Virus record (IMG/VR): IMGVR_UViG_3300044825_002891
Span: 1-64,000 of that record
Source: a virus
Length of the DNA: 64,000 nt
Reading direction: 5' to 3' (one strand)
Shown: positions 26,519-34,694 of the stretch, in pieces
Numbering within the stretch: the stretch's first letter is position 1
How the letters are laid out: each line of letters begins with the position of its first letter
Made by a program: the position numbers and the translations under genes
Notes under the pieces: generated by a model
Told to the model about the DNA's origin: nothing
Databases searched by the model: none
The model's input: the letters and a program-made list of their open reading frames with translations, nothing else

Positions 26519-28500
26519 CCAAGCCGCTTCCCAATGCGATTATCCCCGGCAGCAAGTCTCAACTTCGTGGCGTTGGTGGCCGCTTTGCGAACATGCCCGG
26601 CCGGGGAGACGATGCGATGCGGGCTGCAAGAGGAACCCTTCGCAAAAGAATCGGCAGCTCGCCAGATGGCAAGCCCCAAACCGGCTTTGACACATCCAAT
26701 CTTCCCAACATTGCAGGAGCAAAGATTCTCCGCACGCCCAATCCGAACTGGTATCTCATGTCTGTTCGGATGGCAGCGCGAGCTAGCAGCCCCCAGCGGG
26801 GCCGCCGCAATGTTTTTTCTGGCAATCCTCAAGGAACTGCCAATGTGGCCTTCTACATTTCCAGGAAGGTCGTCGGCACCGAGGTCGTTGCGAACATTCT
26901 GCGTCAGCTTGATGCGGGCGACGCCATTCGCTCCATCGGTTACGTCGGGGTTCGCAAGTTTGCTCGTGCCGAGTTCTACAACCCATATCGCCAGATTTCG
27001 AGAATCATTCGAAGTCAGGCCCGATCCCTTTTTCCGCTTTTGACGGAGCAAGACGAGGAGGTGAAGCAGGTGGAGCTAGGAGAACTTTTCTGTTCGGACA
27101 CAAGTGTCTCGGAGTCTGATGGCCTGATTTGGAAGGTGGCCCTTCCGGTCGGGGAGCTGAAGCTGTCTCCGGGCTGGGACGGCAAGCCTGTCCATCGTCC
27201 GCTTCGTGTTGTCGATGGCACTTCGGAAGACCCGAAGGCGGCCATCGGCCTTCAGGACATTGTCGATGCGTTCGAGGAGGGGGCCGTGCAGCACGTTACG
27301 GTTCCGCTTTCCCACGCCGACAAGGTTCACGAGAACACCGGTTTTGTCCGCAAGCTCAAGGTTGTTGAGCTCCCGGACGGGCGCAGGGCCCTTTCCTGCG
27401 GCATCGAGTTCACAGAGCCCGAGATCCGCGAGAAGGTTAGGCGCGGCTCGATCGCCAATGTTTCGGTTGGCGTTCAGTTCGACTATCACAAGAAGGACAC
27501 GGGCAAGCGCTACAAGGCCGCGCTTCAGCACGTGGCCCTCACCAATCACCCGTGGGTTCCGGGCATGCCGCCGTTCGGCGCGCAGATGTCCGAGCAGACA
27601 GTGATCGTTCCGCTTGAACTGGCTGACGAGGTTGCTGAAGAGCACACCGATGAGCAGCCCGTGAGCTGGGATGAGACCCAGGGGATCTGGCATCGCCGCG
27701 ATCTTCTGTGCGACGCCCTGGAAGAGGCCAGCGACTCGCTTGAGCTCGTTGACTTTGACCACTCTGTCGCCATCGTTCTCGGTGAGAACGGCGAGCAGAT
27801 GCAGGTCCCGTACGTTGTCGAGGAGGGTAAAGCCCTCCTGGCCCTCAGTAACGCCACCCCCATTGAGGCTGAGACTGAGGATCCTGTTGTCGTCGAGGCC
27901 GAGGGGGAAACGGCCGGGGAGGAGGAGCAGCTCAATGAAGTCGTCGAAACAGAAGCTTCTACCCTTACCGACGAGAACCTTGCGGGTGTAACCGCAAGTG
28001 AGCCCAGTGAGCTTGAGACCGCGCAATCGGCGCGAGCTCAGCTCGTCACCGCCAACAAGAAGGAGGGAGGTGATCACATGAGCGACGAGATGATCGAGAT
28101 GAGCGAGGATGTCAAGGCCAAGCTAGCCCGCCTAGAGGAGCTGGAGGCCAAGGTCCGCGAGTCGGAGGTCGAGGCCCGCGTTACGGAGCTGTCGGAGGCT
28201 GGTCTTGGCCAGTACCCCGGTTTCCTGAAGGCGGTTCGCGAGCTGATGCTTGCTGACGATGGCGGCCCGGCTGCGGTTCTCCTTTCGGAGGACAGCGGCG
28301 AGCGCACCGGCATCACCGTCACGGAGATCGTGGAGCGGCTGGTTGACGGCCTGCCCCGCGATGAGGAGGGCAGCTTCAAGCTGTCCGAGCAGCACATCGA
28401 TGTCGGCGCAGTTGCGCCCGAGGTCGAGGATTCGTCCACGTCCGAGGAGTCGGAGGCCGATGCGGCCGCCGCTGCTCGCGACTTCCTGTTCCAGCGTTAG
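26515..28500 (+). CDS. capsid maturation protease (Mu gpI-like) fused to scaffold
   Basis: VPLSH...GFV...IEFT...VS...L.HVALTNHPW..GM; acidic C-terminal region; position before decoration/MCP. Confidence 0.85.
   Translation: MTKPLPNAIIPGSKSQLRGVGGRFANMPGRGDDAMRAARGTLRKRIGSSPDGKPQTGFDTSNLPNIAGAKILRTPNPNWYLMSVRMAARASSPQRGRRNVFSGNPQGTANVAFYISRKVVGTEVVANILRQLDAGDAIRSIGYVGVRKFARAEFYNPYRQISRIIRSQARSLFPLLTEQDEEVKQVELGELFCSDTSVSESDGLIWKVALPVGELKLSPGWDGKPVHRPLRVVDGTSEDPKAAIGLQDIVDAFEEGAVQHVTVPLSHADKVHENTGFVRKLKVVELPDGRRALSCGIEFTEPEIREKVRRGSIANVSVGVQFDYHKKDTGKRYKAALQHVALTNHPWVPGMPPFGAQMSEQTVIVPLELADEVAEEHTDEQPVSWDETQGIWHRRDLLCDALEEASDSLELVDFDHSVAIVLGENGEQMQVPYVVEEGKALLALSNATPIEAETEDPVVVEAEGETAGEEEQLNEVVETEASTLTDENLAGVTASEPSELETAQSARAQLVTANKKEGGDHMSDEMIEMSEDVKAKLARLEELEAKVRESEVEARVTELSEAGLGQYPGFLKAVRELMLADDGGPAAVLLSEDSGERTGITVTEIVERLVDGLPRDEEGSFKLSEQHIDVGAVAPEVEDSSTSEESEADAAAAARDFLFQR
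28078..28500 (+). CDS. nested in-frame scaffolding protein
   Basis: AGGAGGGAGGTGA SD before in-frame ATG 28078; coiled coil follows. Confidence 0.7.
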   Translation: MSDEMIEMSEDVKAKLARLEELEAKVRESEVEARVTELSEAGLGQYPGFLKAVRELMLADDGGPAAVLLSEDSGERTGITVTEIVERLVDGLPRDEEGSFKLSEQHIDVGAVAPEVEDSSTSEESEADAAAAARDFLFQR

Positions 28501-28525
28501 GCCAAAAGAAAGGAGGTAGCCCCTC

Positions 28526-28912
28526 ATGGCCTGGAATTTCGGTGTTTCGCACAGCTTCTACGACATCGAGGTCCTCAAGTACCCCCAGACGGGTCTTGTG
28601 ACCAAGAGCGTCGTCATTGATGCGAATCAGATCACACTCAACGCGGATCGCAACCAGCGGACAGTCGTCCCGGCTGGCACGATCATGCGTGTTTCGTCCG
28701 GCAACGCCAAGCAGGTGATGCCGTACAACGGCACCGGCACAATCGTCGGTGTTCTCTCGCGTTCGGTCGATATCATGACCAACGCCACAAATGGCGTCGA
28801 GCCCGGCGCGGTGTTCTTCCACGAGGCGATTTTCGCCACGAACGCCATCGTCGGCTTCACAGCCTACTCCGGCGCGCTTGCGTCGGCTCTACCCACCTGT
28901 AAGTTCGAGTAG
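28526..28912 (+). CDS. head decoration protein
   Basis: V.AGT...PY...GVL; AAGGAGGT SD; immediately upstream of MCP. Confidence 0.75.
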   Translation: MAWNFGVSHSFYDIEVLKYPQTGLVTKSVVIDANQITLNADRNQRTVVPAGTIMRVSSGNAKQVMPYNGTGTIVGVLSRSVDIMTNATNGVEPGAVFFHEAIFATNAIVGFTAYSGALASALPTCKFE

Positions 28913-28933
28913 CTAGAAAGGAGGTGTCACACC

Positions 28934-29986
28934 ATGGCTACTTTTGATCTCATGGATCAAGCGGTCCTCACGGACCTCATCAATCGTCCTCTAACCACAC
29001 AGTTCGAGGACAACCCCCGTCTGGGCGACCTGATCGCCCCGACACGCAGCCTCGCTGGCCGTTCGGCCAAGCTCCGCGTGCGCCAGGCCCTAGCCTTCGG
29101 CAAGGGTCAGTTCCGCGCCCCGGACGGCACTCCGGCCCTCTACAAGGGGAACCAGACGTTCCGCGAGGAGATCATCGAGCTGGCTCTGCTGGAGGAAATG
29201 GAGCGCATTTCCGAAGAGCAGTACCTCTCGCTGAACTCCCCGGACGAGATGGTTCGCCGCGCGGCTGGTCTGGATATGGTCGAGCGCGGCCGCATCCTCC
29301 AGCTCCGCAACGAGCGCCTCACGGAGTGGATGCGGTTCCAGGCGTTCTCGGGTGCTCTCACGATCACGTACCCGAGCGGCCAGGAGCTGTTCATCGACTA
29401 CGGCCTTCAGGCCGTTCAGAAGCCGACTGCCTCCACCCCGTGGAGCACGGTCGCTTCGGCCGATCCGATCGCTGACATGCGCGCTTGGGCTTCCAAGCTC
29501 GCGGAGCTGTCGGGCTACTACGGTGTCCGCTTCCACATGTCGTCGGACACGTACGACCTGCTGGTTCGCAACACCACCGTCCGCAACCTGCTGACGGCGA
29601 CGAACCGCTCGATGCTGATCCCGACCAAGCAGGACGTGCTCACGCTCCTGCGCGACGGGACCGACATCGTGATCTACGACAACGGCTTCCGCGATTCGGG
29701 CGTTGGTTCCGACCGCGGCGTGCCGAACAGCCTCACGCGCTTCCTGCCCTACGGCAAGGTGCTCGTTACAACCGAGTACTCCATCGAGGGTCAGAACATC
29801 GCTGAGACGCTGGACGGCCAGGTCGTCGTCAACGACGGCGCCAACGGCCTGCGCATCGTGCAGGGCGCTGCCACCGAGACCATCACCGAGCCGATCAGCC
29901 ACAACATGTTCATGCGTGTGGCCTCGGCCCGCATCCCTCGCCTCGTGTACCCGGAGTGCTTCCTCTGGGCGACGGTCGCGTCGTAG
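28934..29986 (+). CDS. major capsid protein (lambda gpE-like)
   Basis: R.EWMR.QA..G, IDYG, W....ADPIAD, C-terminal IP.L..P; strong SD; optimal codons. Confidence 0.9.
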   Translation: MATFDLMDQAVLTDLINRPLTTQFEDNPRLGDLIAPTRSLAGRSAKLRVRQALAFGKGQFRAPDGTPALYKGNQTFREEIIELALLEEMERISEEQYLSLNSPDEMVRRAAGLDMVERGRILQLRNERLTEWMRFQAFSGALTITYPSGQELFIDYGLQAVQKPTASTPWSTVASADPIADMRAWASKLAELSGYYGVRFHMSSDTYDLLVRNTTVRNLLTATNRSMLIPTKQDVLTLLRDGTDIVIYDNGFRDSGVGSDRGVPNSLTRFLPYGKVLVTTEYSIEGQNIAETLDGQVVVNDGANGLRIVQGAATETITEPISHNMFMRVASARIPRLVYPECFLWATVAS

Positions 29987-30003
29987 GGAAGAGAGAAAGA
30001 CTG

Positions 30004-30195
30004 ATGGCCCAGTCCAAGAAGACCACAAAAAAGCCCCCGCTTGGGTCCGGCGAGCGCTTCAAGGCTCTTGAAAAGAGCCTGAAGGGCAAAGTCCGCGATC
30101 CCAAGGCCGTGGCGGCCTCGATCGGGCGCAAGAAGTACGGCGCTACGAAGATGGCCAAGATGGCGGCTGCTGGTCGGAAGAAGAAGGCCAAGTGA
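30004..30195 (+). CDS. small basic protein
   Basis: LGSGERFKAL...DP.AVAASIGRKKYG; K-rich. Confidence 0.7.
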   Translation: MAQSKKTTKKPPLGSGERFKALEKSLKGKVRDPKAVAASIGRKKYGATKMAKMAAAGRKKKAK

Positions 30196-30226
30196 AAACC
30201 ACGACTATCGGGAGGACATCCAAGCG

Positions 30227-30592
30227 ATGCCTTATGAAGTGATTTGCCCGGAAGGCACTTCGGTGACCATTCTCAAGGCGCTAAATGAGGTCAAGGATCT
30301 TGATGGAAGAGTGATTGGTTACGACCATCGCGCCGACTATCACGAGTCCGGTGATGTCCTCGACGATAACGAGGTCTCTCCGGTGCTTCTCGACCTCCTC
30401 GAAGCTGGCGATCCGCATGTCAACTCCATCCTCCGCAAGGTGGGTGCGAAGAAGGCCGCTGCGAAGCCGGTTGTCGAGGAGGTCGTGGAGCCGGAAGACG
30501 ATGCTGACGAAGAGTCCCCGCTGCGTCTCCAGGTCGAGGGCAACCTCGAAGGGAAGACGGATCGGGCGACTCGTCGAACCGCGAAGAAGTAG
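30227..30592 (+). CDS. hypothetical head-region protein
   Basis: GGGAGG SD; position. Confidence 0.65.
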   Translation: MPYEVICPEGTSVTILKALNEVKDLDGRVIGYDHRADYHESGDVLDDNEVSPVLLDLLEAGDPHVNSILRKVGAKKAAAKPVVEEVVEPEDDADEESPLRLQVEGNLEGKTDRATRRTAKK

Positions 30593-30596
30593 GTAG

Positions 30597-31136
30597 ATGG
30601 CAACACCGACTGGACCCATTGCTTGGAGAGCGCGTTCTGAGATCCCCGCTACGTGGGATGCTCTCGTGCTGGCCTCGCAGTATGGAGATGTATCGATCAA
30701 TCAGAGGCTTGATTACATCAAGTACTCGCTGTTCGGTACCTCTGTTGACCAGTCGCTAGAGGCCTCTCTCTACAACCCGGTCCAGCTCCTGCTGGCAGGA
30801 AAGATGCTCGCTATGGAGGTCATTCCTGCTGGTGCGGATTACTGGGCCGATCAGGCCATTGGATTCTCCGCCTCTGCGCGGTCTTCCAGTGAGAATGTCA
30901 CGTACCCGGATAGAATCGCTTCTCTCTGGCGCGTGCACGCTCGTCTACTCGTGGAGTCGGAAAAGCTCAAGGCACAACTTGGGACATCCGGCACCGCGGG
31001 TATTCGGCCCACTCGGCGCATGATCGCCCCGAAGATCAACACCGAGACTCCGTTCCGCACAGCAGAGCCAATGACATTCCCGCGTCAGTACACTGACTGG
31101 GATGGCATTCCTAGCACGTCTAGGTTCATCGGATGA
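30597..31136 (+). CDS. putative head-tail adaptor
   Basis: Synteny between capsid and tail genes. Confidence 0.55.
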   Translation: MATPTGPIAWRARSEIPATWDALVLASQYGDVSINQRLDYIKYSLFGTSVDQSLEASLYNPVQLLLAGKMLAMEVIPAGADYWADQAIGFSASARSSSENVTYPDRIASLWRVHARLLVESEKLKAQLGTSGTAGIRPTRRMIAPKINTETPFRTAEPMTFPRQYTDWDGIPSTSRFIG

Positions 31137-31750
31137 ACGTCCTAACTGATAGCAGCACTGGTCTAGAGCGTCTTGGGCGTGAGGTTGTTCTCATCCTCCA
31201 CGCCAATCTCAATGACGAGCTAGAGACAGTTGAGGCTGAGTGGGGCCCGTACGATGAAGAGTACTCGTCTGTTGTGCACAAGCTCTACAACCCGACGACG
31301 CTGGAAAGAATCGAAGACGGTCGCTTCTATCTGGGCCACGTGCCCTCTCTGATTGAGGCCCCGATCGACGCCTTTCCGAACGTTTCGGTTATGGGCTACC
31401 AGGCGCAGAATGCGCCTGCAACAGGCATTGACCTGTATTACGGAGTCGCGGTCAGCATCTTCATTGAGATTATGTGCAAGTCTGGTCCTTATCCTGACAT
31501 CAACGTCGCCGTCAATGACGCTGGCGAGGAGACGGTCAATCGGCGCATCACGCGCACCACAGACGCTGTGATTTCGGTTATCAACCGCAATCCCACTCTG
31601 AACGGGCTCGTGCAGCCGATCCAGACTCCGCCGAGTGTAACCATCTTCGATGTGTTCAAACGGCATCAGAATCGAGACCGCGGACCTCTGTTCTACTGGC
31701 AAGGCTCTCGTCTTGAGTACAGAGTCACACGCCTAATGAAGGGGTACTAA
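31133..31750 (+). CDS. putative tail terminator/neck protein
   Basis: FPNVSV...NPTLNGLV pattern; synteny. Confidence 0.55.
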   Translation: MNVLTDSSTGLERLGREVVLILHANLNDELETVEAEWGPYDEEYSSVVHKLYNPTTLERIEDGRFYLGHVPSLIEAPIDAFPNVSVMGYQAQNAPATGIDLYYGVAVSIFIEIMCKSGPYPDINVAVNDAGEETVNRRITRTTDAVISVINRNPTLNGLVQPIQTPPSVTIFDVFKRHQNRDRGPLFYWQGSRLEYRVTRLMKGY

Positions 31751-32007
31751 TGGCGACCTATCGCTATGTTAGAAACGTAAAGCCGCAATGGGACCAGACC
31801 AAGAGCTTCTCTTGCGAGGATTCCAGCGGCAAGAAGGTCCTAGTCAATATGGGTGAGACGGTCGAACTCGATCCCAAGGCTGCAAAGGACCTCTCTGGGT
31901 ACTTCGTTCTTGAGAAAATCAAGGAAGAGAGTGCCCCTGCTGTCGTAAACCTGAAGGCGCCCAACATCAAGGCGACCTTCAACGAATCACTGGAAGGTGG
32001 TGAGTAA
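31750..32007 (+). CDS. hypothetical protein
   Basis: TAATG-coupled ORF. Confidence 0.6.
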   Translation: MATYRYVRNVKPQWDQTKSFSCEDSSGKKVLVNMGETVELDPKAAKDLSGYFVLEKIKEESAPAVVNLKAPNIKATFNESLEGGE

Positions 32008-32609
32008 TGGCCGCGAATAACTTCTACCCCACGTTCCTCGAAGACGAGGGTTTCATTCGTGGTCCGGCGCGTCTTATGTACTGCGCCGTGACACAGTCGT
32101 TCCCGACTGGCATCTCGCAGGTCGTCAACCTCTCGACGTACTCCGCGATGACGGGCTGGAACGACCTTGGCGCTACAAAGGGTGGCGTCCAGATCTCGAT
32201 CAACAACACCGAAGAGTCGTTCGACGTGGACCAGGTCTACGGCGACATCGACTCGCTCCCCACAGCGTGGGAGTGCTCGGTGTCCACGCAGCTCGCTGAG
32301 ATGACGCTTGATCGTCTCACGTTCTGCTGGGAGGGCGGCCCGGTCACGACCTCGGGCGGCGAGAAGTCCATGGGCTACGGCACTCCTACGTCGTACACCC
32401 GCCGCCGCATTGCGGTGCTGTTCCAGCGCCCCAACGGCAAGATCCGCGCGTTCGTGTTCCGCAAGGTCCAGCGGTCCCCGCAGGAGTCCACGATCACGTT
32501 CAACAAGACCGGCGAGCAGCAGTCGGTGGCGGTGCGTTTCCGCGCCATCGCTGACCTCTCGGTCGCTGATGTCTACAGCCGGTTCTTCACGGCTTACGAC
32601 CAGGTCTAA
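32007..32609 (+). CDS. major tail tube protein
   Basis: GPA...W.DLGATKGGV...VDQ...T.LAE.T; optimal codons. Confidence 0.8.
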   Translation: MAANNFYPTFLEDEGFIRGPARLMYCAVTQSFPTGISQVVNLSTYSAMTGWNDLGATKGGVQISINNTEESFDVDQVYGDIDSLPTAWECSVSTQLAEMTLDRLTFCWEGGPVTTSGGEKSMGYGTPTSYTRRRIAVLFQRPNGKIRAFVFRKVQRSPQESTITFNKTGEQQSVAVRFRAIADLSVADVYSRFFTAYDQV

Positions 32610-32621
32610 GGGGGATAGCTG

Positions 32622-32921
32622 ATGGCTCGCCCGAAGGCATACAACAACGGTCAGACGATCGCGTCGCTGCGCGATGAGGCCGCCGCCAACCCGCCCTCCC
32701 GCGGGAACGCTGCGGCTGGCTTCGGCGGCGCTCCGACGATGTCGTCCAACCCGATCGACTCCGGCGAGCGGTCTGTTGCTGCGGTCACTGGTGAGGTCTT
32801 CCCGACGCCTTACGGCGGCGGCGAGGCCATCACCAAGCGCCCGACCCCTCGTCGTACGCGTGGCCAGTCCGGCTCCGGCGCTGCTGGTGCCGTCAACGGC
32901 TCCACAGCCCTGCCGAACTAG
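32622..32921 (+). CDS. low-complexity hypothetical protein
   Basis: ORF with highly expressed-type codon usage after the tail tube gene. Confidence 0.55.
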   Translation: MARPKAYNNGQTIASLRDEAAANPPSRGNAAAGFGGAPTMSSNPIDSGERSVAAVTGEVFPTPYGGGEAITKRPTPRRTRGQSGSGAAGAVNGSTALPN

Positions 32922-33022
32922 GCATGGCATACGAGCGGGACGCAAAGCGACCGCTTGCGACAATTGAATCAGCCGAACAAGGCGGTTCCTGTTGCTAGAT
33001 CAAAATCACAAGCGAGAAAGCG

Positions 33023-33054
33023 AGGCGATCGGCTCCTAAGGGGGCCGGTCGCCT
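33023..33054 (+). terminator. GC-rich hairpin
   Basis: AGGCGATCGGCTCC-TAAG-GGGGCCGGTCGCCT. Confidence 0.6.
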
Positions 33055-33066
33055 TCGCATACTGTC

Positions 33067-33690
33067 ATGGCAGCTGTCTACGGTTTCAACCTCAATACCT
33101 ACGCTTCCGGCATCATAGATAGATTTGCCCTGAAGCTGTTTGAATACGGCATTGAGCAAACTCAGATTTCATCTGCCGTTCAGCGGGCAAAGGCCGAGTC
33201 CAGAAAAGAGTTTCTTGATTGGACCCGCAGACAAGCTGAGCTTCTTAAAGAGAACATTTCGGACGCCGCACCGAAAAGAAGTGGCAACCTGTCTGAATCG
33301 CTTTATCTCGACCCAGACGGAGACAGCTGGGATGTCAAGATTGACGAGAGGCGCGCACCTTACGCTAATATCGTTCTTGAGGGCCGCGGCGGGATTACGC
33401 CCAAGAATGCCCAGTATCTAGTTTTTCGCGACACGCGCCTTAACAACTGGCGCCCAATGCGCAATCTTGCGCGTGTAAGCGGGGCCAACGCGGCAAAGTA
33501 CCCCCACACCGGTAATCTCAGGACAACGCACACAATCCCGCGTGTTGGCGGGGCTCCGGCGATTGACTTTCCCGGAGAGGGCTTTGACAGCTGGCAATCG
33601 TTCTATCTTCCCAGCGAAGTTCAGCAGCTTCGCGAGGAGATTGTTTCGATTGTCATCAAGAATGGCGGCCGGGTAACCGGCCTGTCCTAG
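33067..33690 (+). CDS. HK97 gp10-like tail-completion protein
   Basis: APKRSGNL..S, APYA..V.EG, I.PKNA..LVF. Confidence 0.7.
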   Translation: MAAVYGFNLNTYASGIIDRFALKLFEYGIEQTQISSAVQRAKAESRKEFLDWTRRQAELLKENISDAAPKRSGNLSESLYLDPDGDSWDVKIDERRAPYANIVLEGRGGITPKNAQYLVFRDTRLNNWRPMRNLARVSGANAAKYPHTGNLRTTHTIPRVGGAPAIDFPGEGFDSWQSFYLPSEVQQLREEIVSIVIKNGGRVTGLS

Positions 33691-33723
33691 TAGAAAACGA
33701 AACGACCTTAGAAGGAGGGCGTT

Positions 33724-34380
33724 GTGAGCGACCAGGTTATTGAGAACGAGGAAGTCGAAGAGACTGAGCTCGAAGAGGACACCGAGGTGAGAGATTTCCT
33801 CGATGAGATTCAGCCGCGCGGTGCCATTCGCGAGTGGATCGTGCGCGACATTTCGGACGGGGCTCCGATTTACGAGCGCATGTACGTTCAGCGGCCTCTT
33901 TCGTACTTCGGCAAGATCGAGGTGTTTGGTCTGCTTGGGGCAACAGTTGACAAGGCCATGAGAGACGGTGTCAGCGTTGACTCCGTCGTTCAGATCGGGG
34001 ATGTTTTCGCCGGTCAGTCGAGCAGCATTGATTCTTTCATCGGCGGCATTGCCCGTCTCGCCATGTACGCGCCTGATCTTCTCATGGAGCTGTACTGCAT
34101 TGCCCTTGCTGTCCCCCGTGGCGAGCGCGAGTGGGTTAAGTCGGTGTGGGAGCGCCCCACCACAGAAGGCGGTCTCAGCGATGAAGACGGCCTTGAGATT
34201 CTTCAGGTCTTCGTGGAGCAGAACGGGGAGGCGCTGCGGGATTTTTTCACCCAGAAGCTGCCCGGGGTGGCAAAGGATCTGATGGAGATGTTCGTGGATC
34301 AGCCGAAGAGCGCCCCCGCCGCCGCGTCACGGTCGTCGAAGCGCTCGAAGCCTACTCAGCGACGCACCCGGAGTCGATAG
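33724..34380 (+). CDS. tail assembly chaperone (G)
   Basis: AAGGAGG SD; upstream of the tape measure; slippery T TTT TTC at 34242-34248. Confidence 0.75.
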   Translation: MSDQVIENEEVEETELEEDTEVRDFLDEIQPRGAIREWIVRDISDGAPIYERMYVQRPLSYFGKIEVFGLLGATVDKAMRDGVSVDSVVQIGDVFAGQSSSIDSFIGGIARLAMYAPDLLMELYCIALAVPRGEREWVKSVWERPTTEGGLSDEDGLEILQVFVEQNGEALRDFFTQKLPGVAKDLMEMFVDQPKSAPAAASRSSKRSKPTQRRTRSR

Positions 34381-34694
34381 AAGAGTTGCTCAGCTGGCCC
34401 TGGAAGAGATTTGAGAAGTTCTACGAGGCGTTTGCCAAGCGGCAAATCGCTGAAGAACTGACGCAGCGCAAGTTGCTGCTTATCTCTGCTTTCTATTCCA
34501 ATAGCAACTACGACGCAGAGGAAGTAAACAGAGAGGACATGGTCAGAAAGCTTGAGTCTGACTTTTCTGATCTGATTGCCAACATCTACGCGCCGGTCAT
34601 TGATGTTGGCAGGGGCAGCAACGAGCCTGATCTCGAAGATACGCCGTTCTTCAAGGCCATGAACGTCGATGGCGAGCATTTGATGGAGGCATAG
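34245..34694 (+). CDS. tail assembly chaperone GT extension (-1 frame)
   Basis: -1 frame open from the slippery site to TAG 34694. Confidence 0.7.
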   Translation, partial: FHPEAARGGKGSDGDVRGSAEERPRRRVTVVEALEAYSATHPESIEELLSWPWKRFEKFYEAFAKRQIAEELTQRKLLLISAFYSNSNYDAEEVNREDMVRKLESDFSDLIANIYAPVIDVGRGSNEPDLEDTPFFKAMNVDGEHLMEA

